Assembly (NCBI GenBank): GCA_965204215.1
Contig: CBDBDZ010000013.1
Span: 636,394-700,393 of the forward strand
Length of the DNA: 64,000 nt
Source of the DNA: Pseudomonadales bacterium
GTDB taxonomy: Bacteria; Pseudomonadota; Gammaproteobacteria; Pseudomonadales; GM7GCV1
Reading direction: 5' to 3'
Within the stretch, counting starts at the first letter, position 1; each line of letters starts with the position of its first letter. Under the pieces are notes generated by a model that worked only from the letters and a program-made list of their open reading frames with translations, had not been told where the DNA came from and made no database searches. Both the position numbers and the translations under genes were made by a program. Positions 30,476 through 39,568 of the stretch are shown piece after piece.

Positions 30476-31229
30476 CGATCAATCCTGGGAAAAGATATTC
30501 AATGATTTACATATCTTTGAGCATGATTTTGATAACGAACCTTTTAACATATCCGCTGGCAGTATAAAGCAGTGTTGTCAAAATTTTACAAAAGTGGCGG
30601 ATAAAGAGGTGCGTCTTTTATGTAAACAAGATAGTAGAGATGATCGACCTCAGGTATTCAAAGAACGCAATCTGTTTATTTTGCCAGTGAAAAATGGCTT
30701 TTATAAAATAGTGAAGGGAGAAGGCTATGTTGATATACCAGAAATTTCATCGGAAGCACTAACTTACAATTCAAAATTGGACTTTGAACTTGAAAGTGTA
30801 TCTGTGGGTGATTCAGAAATGCAGTATTTAGATTTAGCCTATGCATCAAGTTTGATTAGAACATTTATCAATGACAATTCGTTAGTCTTAACGATTCGAG
30901 GTCGAAAATATACCCCTGAATTTGATTTTATTGTAAATAAGCATTCAATTCATATATCTAGTGTTCAAACAGAAGTGGACGCGGGCTACGAAGGTGAAAA
31001 TCAAATTGTGCTAATAGAAGCAAAAAATAAGCACACGTCAAATACAATCATTCGACAACTTTATTATCCGTATAGGCAATGGAAGACAAACACTAACAAA
31101 CAAGTTAAATTGTTATTTTTTGAGAAAAGAGGTGACTGCTTTAATCTTTGGCAATATGAATTTTTGACAGAGCATGATTATAATAGTATTCAGCTAATTC
31201 ATTCGGCTAGGTATAACATAATTACTTAG
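30468..31229 (+). CDS. Type II restriction endonuclease (PD-ExK); GATC specificity predicted from context only
   Basis: Sits between the two methyltransferase genes and overlaps the first by 8 nt. The candidate catalytic region is FDFIV...EVDAGYEGENQIVLIEAKNK. Confidence 0.6.
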   Translation: MASDQSWEKIFNDLHIFEHDFDNEPFNISAGSIKQCCQNFTKVADKEVRLLCKQDSRDDRPQVFKERNLFILPVKNGFYKIVKGEGYVDIPEISSEALTYNSKLDFELESVSVGDSEMQYLDLAYASSLIRTFINDNSLVLTIRGRKYTPEFDFIVNKHSIHISSVQTEVDAGYEGENQIVLIEAKNKHTSNTIIRQLYYPYRQWKTNTNKQVKLLFFEKRGDCFNLWQYEFLTEHDYNSIQLIHSARYNIIT

Positions 31230-31232
31230 TCT

Positions 31233-32123
31233 ATGATCAAGCCATACTATAAATCAAAGGATAAAAATTTTACTTTACTAAACTATGATGTTTTTGAAGT
31301 GTTGTCTTTGTTTGATTTTGAGTTTGATATGGTGTTTGCAGATCCCCCATATTTTTTATCCAATGATGGATTAACTATCCAAAACGGTAAAATAAGTAGT
31401 GTCAATAAAGGAGAATGGGATAAAGCCTACAATTTAGATGTAATTGCTGCTTTTAATAATAAGTGGCTGACCCTGATAAGGGATAAAATGAAAAGCAATG
31501 CTACTATCTGGATTAGTGGTACTTCCCATAACATTTTCAATATAGGGCAAACATTACAGCAATTAAACTTTAAAATTTTAAATGTCATTACATGGGAGAA
31601 AACCAATCCACCTCCAAATTTTTCATGTCGTTATTTCACTCATTCAGCAGAATATGTCATTTGGGCTAGAAAAAATATCAAAACACCTCATTATTTTAAT
31701 TATGAATTAATGAAAGTATTTAATGAGGGTAAACAAATGAAAGATGTCTGGAAAATGCCTGCTATAGCTAAATGGGAAAAGTCTTGTGGAAAACATCCTA
31801 CCCAAAAACCTCTATCTCTATTGGTTCGGCTAATTTTGGCATCAACTACTGCAAATGCATGGGTGCTTGATCCTTTTACAGGAAGCAGTACAACTGGCAT
31901 TGCTGCAAACTTATTGGACAGAAGGTTTTTAGGTGTTGATAATCAATTAGAATACCTGGAAATTAGCAAATTAAGAAAACAAGAAATAGAAGATTCAGCA
32001 CTCGCTCAAAGATATCGCTCAAAAATATATGGTTTCCGTGAGAAGCAACCAGTGGAATTGTTTGCGCTATGCGAAAACGCGAAAGAGTATTCTTTGAATA
32101 TAGATAAACAATTACCCTTTTAA
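31233..32123 (+). CDS. Beta-class (DpnA/MboIB-like) N6/N4 DNA methyltransferase
   Basis: Motif IV FADPPYF lies near the N-terminus and the SAM motif [12 protein letters not shown] near the C-terminus, which is the beta-class order. Confidence 0.85.
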   Translation: MIKPYYKSKDKNFTLLNYDVFEVLSLFDFEFDMVFADPPYFLSNDGLTIQNGKISSVNKGEWDKAYNLDVIAAFNNKWLTLIRDKMKSNATIWISGTSHNIFNIGQTLQQLNFKILNVITWEKTNPPPNFSCRYFTHSAEYVIWARKNIKTPHYFNYELMKVFNEGKQMKDVWKMPAIAKWEKSCGKHPTQKPLSLLVRLILASTTANAWVLDPFTGSSTTGIAANLLDRRFLGVDNQLEYLEISKLRKQEIEDSALAQRYRSKIYGFREKQPVELFALCENAKEYSLNIDKQLPF

Positions 32124-32145
32124 TCCAACCAATACACAAAATACC

Positions 32146-33165
32146 ATGCATTTATCCCGATTCCCTCGACAATTTCTAGCTCATTTACCCACTGCTCTGG
32201 AAGCGATGCCAAGGCTTAGTAAATACTGTAATAATGTGAATTTATGGATAAAACGTGATGATTGCACAGGTCTGTCATCTGGTGGCAATAAAACGCGTAA
32301 ACTGGAATTTTTAATGGGTGAAGCCTGTGAGCAGCAGGCGGACTGTATTATTACTCAAGGTGCGACACAATCCAACCACGCGAGACAAACGGCTGCATTT
32401 GCAACCAGGCTGGGGATGCAATGTTATATTTTATTAGAAGATCGCATAGGCACGAATGATAGAGACTACAATTACAATGGCAATGTACTGCTTGACAGAT
32501 TACATGGTGCAAAAATTGCCCATAGACCCGCAGGAACGGATATGAATGAAGCAATGCAGGCGTTGGCGAATAAGCTAAGCACAGAAGGTATGAAACCTTA
32601 CATTATCCCCGGCGGTGGTTCTAATGCGGTGGGTGCTCTGGGCTATGTCAATGCCGCTTTCGAGTTATTGGCTCAAGCTAATGCTATGGGATTAACCATC
32701 GACCATGTCGTGCACGCTACAGGTAGCTCTGGCACGCAAGCTGGTCTAGTAACAGGGTTAGAGCTAATGAATAGCCAGGTACCATTACTGGGCATTGGCG
32801 TTCGAGCATTGCAGGAAAAGCAAGAACAAATGGTTTACAATTTATCACAATTAACATGTGAACATATGGGTGTAGAACCGACCTTGGTAGCGCGGGAAAA
32901 AGTACGCGCTAATTGTAACTATGTTGGCGATGGTTATGGTATTCCCACCGAAGGTATGCTTGAAGCACTACGCTTAACGGCTCAACTGGAAGGCATTTTG
33001 TTAGACCCTGTGTATTCAGGAAAGGGCATGGCAGGGTTGATTGATTTATGCCGTAATGGCTATTTTAAACCTGAAGAGAATGTGGTGTTTATCCACACCG
33101 GAGGTAGTGCTGGATTATTTGGTTACAGCGAGCAATTGCAATTGCACGACTACAGCAGCTTTTAA
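32146..33165 (+). CDS. PLP enzyme of the ACC-deaminase / D-cysteine desulfhydrase / cysteate sulfo-lyase family
   Basis: Contains [22 protein letters not shown] (PLP Lys) and a glycine-rich IHTGGSAG loop; 339 aa. Confidence 0.8.
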   Translation: MHLSRFPRQFLAHLPTALEAMPRLSKYCNNVNLWIKRDDCTGLSSGGNKTRKLEFLMGEACEQQADCIITQGATQSNHARQTAAFATRLGMQCYILLEDRIGTNDRDYNYNGNVLLDRLHGAKIAHRPAGTDMNEAMQALANKLSTEGMKPYIIPGGGSNAVGALGYVNAAFELLAQANAMGLTIDHVVHATGSSGTQAGLVTGLELMNSQVPLLGIGVRALQEKQEQMVYNLSQLTCEHMGVEPTLVAREKVRANCNYVGDGYGIPTEGMLEALRLTAQLEGILLDPVYSGKGMAGLIDLCRNGYFKPEENVVFIHTGGSAGLFGYSEQLQLHDYSSF

Positions 33166-33177
33166 TGGGGTTAGATA

Positions 33178-34497
33178 ATGAAGCAAATAAAAGCACCGAA
33201 TAAAGCTTCAACAGTATATATTAGCCAAATTAAGGGACGTGTTGAGCAAATGCTGGCATTGATTAAAGAGCAAGGAGAAATTGCGGTTTGCAATTATGCG
33301 CGTGAGCTTGATGGTTGGCAGGGAAATATTGAACTAAGTAACGATACCTGGAAGCAGTTAATTCAGCAGGTTAATGAGCAAGATAAAGCCGATATTCATT
33401 TTGCATGGGAGCAGGTAAGTCGCTTTGCGAATGCTCAAGCACAATCGCTACAGTCATTTACGATGGAGAGTGGTCCAGGAGTAGTGCTGGGGCAGAAAAT
33501 TGTACCCATTAATTGTGCAGGATGCTATGTGCCAGCAGGACGTTATGCACATGTGGCTTCTGCCATTATGTCAGTTGCCACTGCCAAAGCGGCAGGGGTG
33601 CAAAATATTATTGCTTGCACGCCGCCACGAGGTAACAGCATTCACCCTGCTATTGCTTACGCCTTGCATATTGCAGGTGCGGATAAAGTGTTGCAATTAG
33701 GAGGTGTTCAAGCCATTGCTGCCATGGCGCAAGGCCTTTTTGGCAGTGAAAAAGCAGACATTATCGTTGGGCCAGGTAATGATTATGTAGCAGAAGCCAA
33801 GCGTTTACTATTTGGTTCTGTAGGTATTGACGTGTTTGCAGGGCCAACCGAGTCTGCAATTATTGCTGATGATAGCGCCGATGCCATGACGATTGCTGTG
33901 GACTTATGTTCTCAAGCTGAACATGGCATTAGTTCGCCTGTTTGGCTGTTTACCACATCATTTAACTTAGCTCATTGTGTTAATCAAATACTACCACTGG
34001 TAGCGGCAGATATGCCCAATGAAGAAGTGGTAATGCAAGCATGGCACGATTTTGGTGAAATTATTCTGTGCGAGAGTGATGAAGAAATGGCATCCATTGC
34101 TGATGAATATGCTTGCGAACATGTTCAAGTTATTGCAAAAGACCTGGATTGGTGGCGCGAGCGTTTAACTAATTATGGCTCTTTATTTTTAGGCGAGGGC
34201 AGTACTGTAACACACGGCGATAAATGTGTGGGAACCAACCACATATTGCCAACCCGAAAAGCTGCGCGTTACAGCGGTGGTTTGAATGTACAGAAATTTA
34301 TGAAAATACTCACCTTTCAACAAATTGATGAACAGGCCAATAAAGTATTTAGCGCCGTAGCCTCCAGAATATCGCGCATGGAAGGTATGGAAGGTCACGC
34401 TCGCGCTTGTGACTGGCGTTTGCGGAAATACTTCCCCGAAGAAAATTGGGACTTTGATGTGTATCGACAAAAGCGTTATGACATCTCAAAATATTAG
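33178..34497 (+). CDS. Histidinol-dehydrogenase-family (HisD/HpsN-like) NAD-dependent 4-electron dehydrogenase paralog
   Basis: Contains GGVQAIAAMA, GPGNDYVAEAKR, SQAEH and HGDKCVGTNHILPT. It is not in a his operon context. Confidence 0.8.
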   Translation: MKQIKAPNKASTVYISQIKGRVEQMLALIKEQGEIAVCNYARELDGWQGNIELSNDTWKQLIQQVNEQDKADIHFAWEQVSRFANAQAQSLQSFTMESGPGVVLGQKIVPINCAGCYVPAGRYAHVASAIMSVATAKAAGVQNIIACTPPRGNSIHPAIAYALHIAGADKVLQLGGVQAIAAMAQGLFGSEKADIIVGPGNDYVAEAKRLLFGSVGIDVFAGPTESAIIADDSADAMTIAVDLCSQAEHGISSPVWLFTTSFNLAHCVNQILPLVAADMPNEEVVMQAWHDFGEIILCESDEEMASIADEYACEHVQVIAKDLDWWRERLTNYGSLFLGEGSTVTHGDKCVGTNHILPTRKAARYSGGLNVQKFMKILTFQQIDEQANKVFSAVASRISRMEGMEGHARACDWRLRKYFPEENWDFDVYRQKRYDISKY

Positions 34498-35695
34498 TAA
34501 AACATTTAATAAACCATTCACACAACAATTACCACTGTCTGAAAGTGCCATTGCCAGTGCAGTAGAGCTACTACAAAATGGTCGTCTACATCGCTACAAC
34601 ACTATTGCTGGTGAAATAGCAGCGACTTCACAATTAGAGCAAGAATTCAGCAATTACATGCAGCAACAGTTTTGCCTGGCATGCACCTCAGGTGGCTATG
34701 CCATTTATTTGGCTTTGAAAATTGCAGGAGTAAAAAATGGTGATAAGGTAATAACCAATGCTTTTACTTTAGCGCCAGTGCCAGGGGCAATAGATAATGT
34801 CGGAGCAGAAGCTGTGTTTGTTGATATGGATGATAATCTGTGCACAGATTTAAGGCATTTAAAGCAATTAATGCAAACAACTGATGCCAGTGTATTTTTG
34901 ATGTCGCACATGCGCGGGCATTTAGCCGATATGGAAGTTGTATGCCAATTGTGCAATCAGTACAAAATTATTTTAATTGAAGATTGCGCTCATACCATGG
35001 GCGCGCGTTGGAATGGGAAATTATCGGGAAGCTTTGGTGATTTAGCCTGTTTTAGTACCCAGACCTATAAGCACATGAATTCAGGTGAGGGTGGGTTGCT
35101 GACAACAAATAATCCACAATGGATGGCGCAAGCCATTATTTTGTCAGGCTCTTATATGCTTTATGAACGACATGGTACGGTTCCGGCTGCCAAATATTTT
35201 GGTGCTATTATTGAACATACACCCAATTATAGTGGGCGCATGGATAATTTGCGTGCAACATTGTTGCTAGATCAATTACAGTATTTAGATGAGCATTGTC
35301 AGCAGTGGAACAGACGTTATAAAAAAATTGAGCAAAAACTTGCCAACTGCCAGCTTATTCATTTACCCCAGCGTCCAGACAGTGAATATTTTGTTGGTAG
35401 TTCCATTCAATTTTGTATTCCCAGCTGGTCTGCTGACCAAATTGAAAAGGTATTGTCACTGTGTATGGAGCGAGGGGTGGAGCTTAAATGGTTTGGCCGT
35501 GATAAACCTTCAGGCTTTACCAGTAGTTATCATAACTGGAAATACTTTTTACACCCATCTAAACCCCTTCCTAACACAGACAGGCTGTTATCGACACTAC
35601 TGGATATGCGCATCCCTTTGACATTTGATAATGACGATATGCAACAGCTTGGAGACATTATTGTAGACTGTGTTGAAACGGTCAATAATCAATAG
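34478..35695 (+). CDS. DegT/DnrJ/EryC1/StrS-family PLP aminotransferase
   Basis: Contains CTSGGYAIYLAL, IEDCAHTMG and FSTQTYKHMNSGEGG (PLP Lys). The start chosen is the Met at 34478, which overlaps the upstream stop by 20 nt. Confidence 0.8.
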   Translation: MTSQNISKTFNKPFTQQLPLSESAIASAVELLQNGRLHRYNTIAGEIAATSQLEQEFSNYMQQQFCLACTSGGYAIYLALKIAGVKNGDKVITNAFTLAPVPGAIDNVGAEAVFVDMDDNLCTDLRHLKQLMQTTDASVFLMSHMRGHLADMEVVCQLCNQYKIILIEDCAHTMGARWNGKLSGSFGDLACFSTQTYKHMNSGEGGLLTTNNPQWMAQAIILSGSYMLYERHGTVPAAKYFGAIIEHTPNYSGRMDNLRATLLLDQLQYLDEHCQQWNRRYKKIEQKLANCQLIHLPQRPDSEYFVGSSIQFCIPSWSADQIEKVLSLCMERGVELKWFGRDKPSGFTSSYHNWKYFLHPSKPLPNTDRLLSTLLDMRIPLTFDNDDMQQLGDIIVDCVETVNNQ

Positions 35696-35704
35696 CGCTT
35701 TAGT

Positions 35705-36400
35705 ATGAGTAAAACTGTAGGTATTATTGGCGGTATGGGTCCTGATGCCACTGTGGAACTCATGCAGCACATTATAGCTGAGACTCCAGCAGAAGATGAT
35801 AAAGACCACATCCATATGCTGGTTGATAGTAATCCCAACATCCCGTCAAGGCGAAACGCAATACTTTTTGGTGGACCAAGTCCAGAAACAGAACTAGTGA
35901 ATATGGCAAAGCGATTAGAGGCTATGGGAGCAAATTTTATTGTTATGCCATGCAACACCGCTCATTACTATTACTCAGCTATTAATAATGCGATAAGTAT
36001 TGATTGCTGGCACCTGATTGAACTCACAGCGCAAAGTATTGCCAGACGGTACCCTCATATAAAACGTATTGGGCTGTTAGCCACAGTAATGTCAAAACAA
36101 CTGCAATTATTTGAACCCTGCTTTCAGAGTCAAAATATTGATATTATCTATCCTGATGAAAGGGTGCAAGAGATAATTACTCAAACCATACTCGCTGTGA
36201 AAAAATCAAAGGTTAATAATGAACTTTTAACGGCTTATAATCAGGCGATTGCCAAACTCAATCATGATTACCTATTACTTGGTTGTAGTGAACTATCGGT
36301 ACTGCATAGCCCTTTTAGAACAAAGGCGCTAATTGATACGGTAACTTTTATAGACCCCATACAATTGTTGGCTCAGACCATTGTCAATGAAAAAAATTGA
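35705..36400 (+). CDS. Aspartate-racemase-family two-Cys racemase
   Basis: Contains GIIGGMGPDAT, the first catalytic motif MPCNTAHYY and the second, LGCSELS. Confidence 0.85.
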   Translation: MSKTVGIIGGMGPDATVELMQHIIAETPAEDDKDHIHMLVDSNPNIPSRRNAILFGGPSPETELVNMAKRLEAMGANFIVMPCNTAHYYYSAINNAISIDCWHLIELTAQSIARRYPHIKRIGLLATVMSKQLQLFEPCFQSQNIDIIYPDERVQEIITQTILAVKKSKVNNELLTAYNQAIAKLNHDYLLLGCSELSVLHSPFRTKALIDTVTFIDPIQLLAQTIVNEKN

Positions 36401-36466
36401 GCTCAACATTGCATGCTTATAGTGAATTTCCTATAATTCAACGAATACTCTAATATACTGTTTGTA

Positions 36467-37294
36467 ATGACTCAACAATCCTTTACTCCTGATTCGGTTA
36501 CACTGCAACCGCGCAACCGTTATCACGATATAGACCAGGCACTGGCTACAGACTGGTTTGATAACTGCATTTTCAAAACCAGTTTGTTCAATGCACTTTC
36601 CATAACTTTCCCATTGGGTGAAAAGTTCTTTATTGATAGTGTTAAATATTTTGAAAAAGAGATTACTGACCCCAAGTTGTTAAAAGAAGTAAAGGACTTT
36701 TACGCTCAAGAAAGTGTACATAGGCGTGAGCATGATAGATACAACCAAAGTTTGTGTTCACAGCGCAATTATAATTTGGCTAAATATGAAAAAATGTTGT
36801 CGAAATATATAGCGATGGCATACAAGCTTTTAACGCCAGAAGAGCGTTTGGGTGTAACAGCGGCACTAGAACATATTACCGCAATTTTGGCAGAGGTCGT
36901 CCTGGACGATACTTTTTCAGATAACTACAGCATTCATCCTCAAATGTTAGCATTGTGGCGTTGGCATGCCGCGGAAGAAATGGAGCATAAAGCCGTGTCT
37001 TTTGATGTGCTAAAAGTGGTAGCAGAGGATGAAAAAATGCGCCTTAAAATGATGAAGTTAGCGAGATACAGTTTAATTCGAGACACTATTTTTATCATGT
37101 CGAATATGCTGTGGCGAGGTGGTCATTTTTTTAAATTGTCGGTATGGATGCAAGGCTATAAATTCCTTTTTGGCAAAGAGGGTTTATTCAGGAAATTGAA
37201 GCCGGCTTATAACAGCTATATGCAAAGAGATTTTCACCCTTGGCAGCGCAATACTCAAGAATTATTGGAAAATTGGCGTTTAGGCACTCTGTAA
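36467..37294 (+). CDS. Predicted metal-dependent hydrolase (PF10118-like)
   Basis: Contains FNALSITFPLGEKFFIDSVKYF...DPKLLKEVKDFYAQESVHRREHDRYN and HAAEEMEHKAV, recognised from memory of the family. Confidence 0.6.
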   Translation: MTQQSFTPDSVTLQPRNRYHDIDQALATDWFDNCIFKTSLFNALSITFPLGEKFFIDSVKYFEKEITDPKLLKEVKDFYAQESVHRREHDRYNQSLCSQRNYNLAKYEKMLSKYIAMAYKLLTPEERLGVTAALEHITAILAEVVLDDTFSDNYSIHPQMLALWRWHAAEEMEHKAVSFDVLKVVAEDEKMRLKMMKLARYSLIRDTIFIMSNMLWRGGHFFKLSVWMQGYKFLFGKEGLFRKLKPAYNSYMQRDFHPWQRNTQELLENWRLGTL

Positions 37295-37309
37295 GCGACT
37301 AATTTATAA

Positions 37310-37552
37310 TTCTGGTTCCCGCAGTTGAACGCTAATTTCACTCCTAAGAGTTTGAATGTTATTGATAAACCCTTATTCTTCGGTTTACTTCATAAGTGAA
37401 TTACAAATCGCTACTTGGTTTTACAGCCCTTTTCAGTTCACACTGCAGCGTTATGGCTTTTGGCAGGGGCTACAACCATTACCTGCAAGCCATGCCTTGT
37501 ATTATTTCCTGAAAATAACTGTAAATTCCAGGTTCAACTGCGGAATCCAGAA
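37310..37552. mobile_element. 243-bp MITE with 21-bp terminal inverted repeats and a TAA target duplication
   Basis: The left TIR TTCTGGTTCCCGCAGTTGAAC (37310-30) matches the reverse complement of 37532-52 (TTCTGGATTCCGCAGTTGAAC) at 19 of 21 positions. TAA occurs at 37307-09 and again at 37553-55. No credible ORF lies inside. Confidence 0.75.
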
Positions 37553-37587
37553 TAATTAACTGCCTTAATCTATAAGGTTGAATTTTA

Positions 37588-38433
37588 ATGCCGATTACTA
37601 TCGACCAATTTTTTGCTAATTCCAATAAAGCCATCACATTAATGGGAATGTCAGGGGTAGGGAAGACTTACATTTCAAACTTACTGGAGCGGTATAATTG
37701 GTACCATTTTTCAGCAGACTATCGAATTGGTTCCAAATACTTAAATGCTGAAATTGAAGCAGAGTTGCGACAAAAGGTCAGTATTGTGTCTTGTTTAAAG
37801 GCATTGATAGACAATAATTCGATTAGTATCAGCAATAATGTCAATATCAATAATTTGCACTCTGTTGCCAATTTTTTAGGTAAAGTGGGCAATCCTGAGA
37901 AACAAGGATTACCGTTGGAGGAGTTTATGCGCCGCCAGCAACTGTATATTGATGCGGAAATAGCATCGGGTTACGACGTGCCAAAGTGGATAACTAAAAA
38001 ACAGGGCGAAGGTTACAATAAATTTCTTAACGATGCTACAGGTAGCTTGTGTGAGATTGACGATTTGAATTTATTTGAAATACTGTCTGTTAACACACTT
38101 ATTTTGTATATCAAGGCATCAGAGAATTATGAAAAAGAGCTTATCGAAAGAGCAATGGCAAACCCAAAACCCATGTTCTATCGCAAAGACTTTTTACTTC
38201 AACAGTTAATGCAATACCAAACAGAAAACTCGCTGGATTATATTGCACAAATAGACCCCGATGACTTTATTCGCTGGGTATTTACTAATTTATTTCATAC
38301 CAGATTACCACGTTATCAGCAAATTGCAGATACCTATGGCTATATTATCCAAGCCGATGATATGAGGAAAGTTACCAGCGAAGGTGAGTTTTATGAATTG
38401 ATTGAAGCCTGTTCAAATCAGGGAAAACGCTAA
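37588..38433 (+). CDS. P-loop NTPase resembling small-molecule (shikimate/gluconate-type) kinases
   Basis: Walker A LMGMSGVGKT close to the N-terminus, plus DATGSLCE. Its stop overlaps the next gene's start (TAATG). Confidence 0.6.
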   Translation: MPITIDQFFANSNKAITLMGMSGVGKTYISNLLERYNWYHFSADYRIGSKYLNAEIEAELRQKVSIVSCLKALIDNNSISISNNVNINNLHSVANFLGKVGNPEKQGLPLEEFMRRQQLYIDAEIASGYDVPKWITKKQGEGYNKFLNDATGSLCEIDDLNLFEILSVNTLILYIKASENYEKELIERAMANPKPMFYRKDFLLQQLMQYQTENSLDYIAQIDPDDFIRWVFTNLFHTRLPRYQQIADTYGYIIQADDMRKVTSEGEFYELIEACSNQGKR

Positions 38434-39503
38434 TGCCGGTTATCAAGCCTTCACAACGAATTTCACCAAGCTATGACAAATTAGTCAATGAAGGCTACTC
38501 TATTCTTACCGCAGAGCGTGCGCTCGCCCAGGATATTCGAGAATTGCACATTGGGTTTTTAAATATGATGCCTGATGCAGCTTTTACCGCAACAGAACGA
38601 CAATTCTTGCGATTAATTGCCAATAGCAATCAAATTGCGCAGTTTAATTTTCACCCTTTTACTATCAGTGTCGATAAGCGCAGCCCTGAGATACAACAAT
38701 ATGTCGCCAATTATTACGAAGATTTTGAACAATTAAAACAAGAGGGCTTGGATGCTATTATTGTTACAGGTGCGAATGTTGTTAACCATAAAATTGAGGG
38801 AGAAGACTTTTGGCAACCTTTAGCCGAGGTGATTGATTGGTCGTATAATCACGTAGCATCAATACTGTGCTCTTGTTTGGCATCGCACGCGGTGTTAAAA
38901 CTTAAATATAATATAGACAGGCAGCCGTTGCGAGAGAAATGCTGGGGCTTGTTTAGCCATACAGTAAGTGACAGCACGCACCCGTTAATTCATGGTATGA
39001 ATAGTCGCTTTGATGTTTGTCACTCCCGTTATAATGATATTAGCAGTGAAGCCATTAAAGTAAAAGGTTTAAAAGTATTGGTAGAGTCAGAGGAAGCTGG
39101 TGTGCACATAGCAGTTAGCGAAGATGGTTTTAGAATTGTGTTCCTGCAAGGTCATCCCGAATATGATAAAGAGAGTTTGTTGAAAGAATATAAACGCGAA
39201 GTACAACGATTTATTGGTGGGGAGAGAGACTATCCAATATTTCCAGCTAATTATTTGTCGTTGCAAGCAAAAGCTATTTTGAAAGAACATCAAATACAGA
39301 TATTGCAAGCCATCAGTTCAGGTGAAATGCCTCCAGAGTTTCCCGAGCAGCATATTATTCAGTTGTTACACAACAGTTGGAAAGACAGCGCCAATGCTTT
39401 TACCAATCGCTGGTTAGGGCAAGTGTATCAAGTCACCAATATGGATAGAACCAGGCAGTTTGAAGATACGATTAACCCTTCAAACCCTTTGGGCCTAAGC
39501 TGA
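38433..39503 (+). CDS. MetA-family homoserine O-acyltransferase paralog with a C-terminal extension
   Basis: Matches E. coli MetA landmarks: IGFLNMMP, VTGANV, the catalytic-Cys region LCSCLASHAVL, HSRYNDI and LQGHPEYD. It is 356 aa, compared with about 310 aa for MetA. Confidence 0.75.
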   Translation: MPVIKPSQRISPSYDKLVNEGYSILTAERALAQDIRELHIGFLNMMPDAAFTATERQFLRLIANSNQIAQFNFHPFTISVDKRSPEIQQYVANYYEDFEQLKQEGLDAIIVTGANVVNHKIEGEDFWQPLAEVIDWSYNHVASILCSCLASHAVLKLKYNIDRQPLREKCWGLFSHTVSDSTHPLIHGMNSRFDVCHSRYNDISSEAIKVKGLKVLVESEEAGVHIAVSEDGFRIVFLQGHPEYDKESLLKEYKREVQRFIGGERDYPIFPANYLSLQAKAILKEHQIQILQAISSGEMPPEFPEQHIIQLLHNSWKDSANAFTNRWLGQVYQVTNMDRTRQFEDTINPSNPLGLS

Positions 39504-39568
39504 CATTGTATGCAACATAAAGAACCAGACTGAAGTTTAGCGCTGGTTGGATTAATGACGCCGATGTG

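Noticed and set aside
33178-34497. Calling this gene the housekeeping hisD.
   Set aside because: The family motifs are present, but no other his genes flank it and it overlaps a DegT aminotransferase in an accessory-looking cluster. I therefore report it only as a HisD/HpsN-family paralog.
35289-35958. ORFs 35289..35621 (+), 35597..35815 (-) and 35689..35958 (-), which overlap the DegT and racemase genes.
   Set aside because: They are out-of-frame or antisense overlaps with two genes that carry complete family motifs. None has motifs of its own.
37356-37559. A 67-aa ORF lies inside the 243-bp MITE.
   Set aside because: It lies wholly within the inverted-repeat-bounded element, runs into the right TIR, has no Shine-Dalgarno sequence and its composition is odd. 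It is most likely non-coding.
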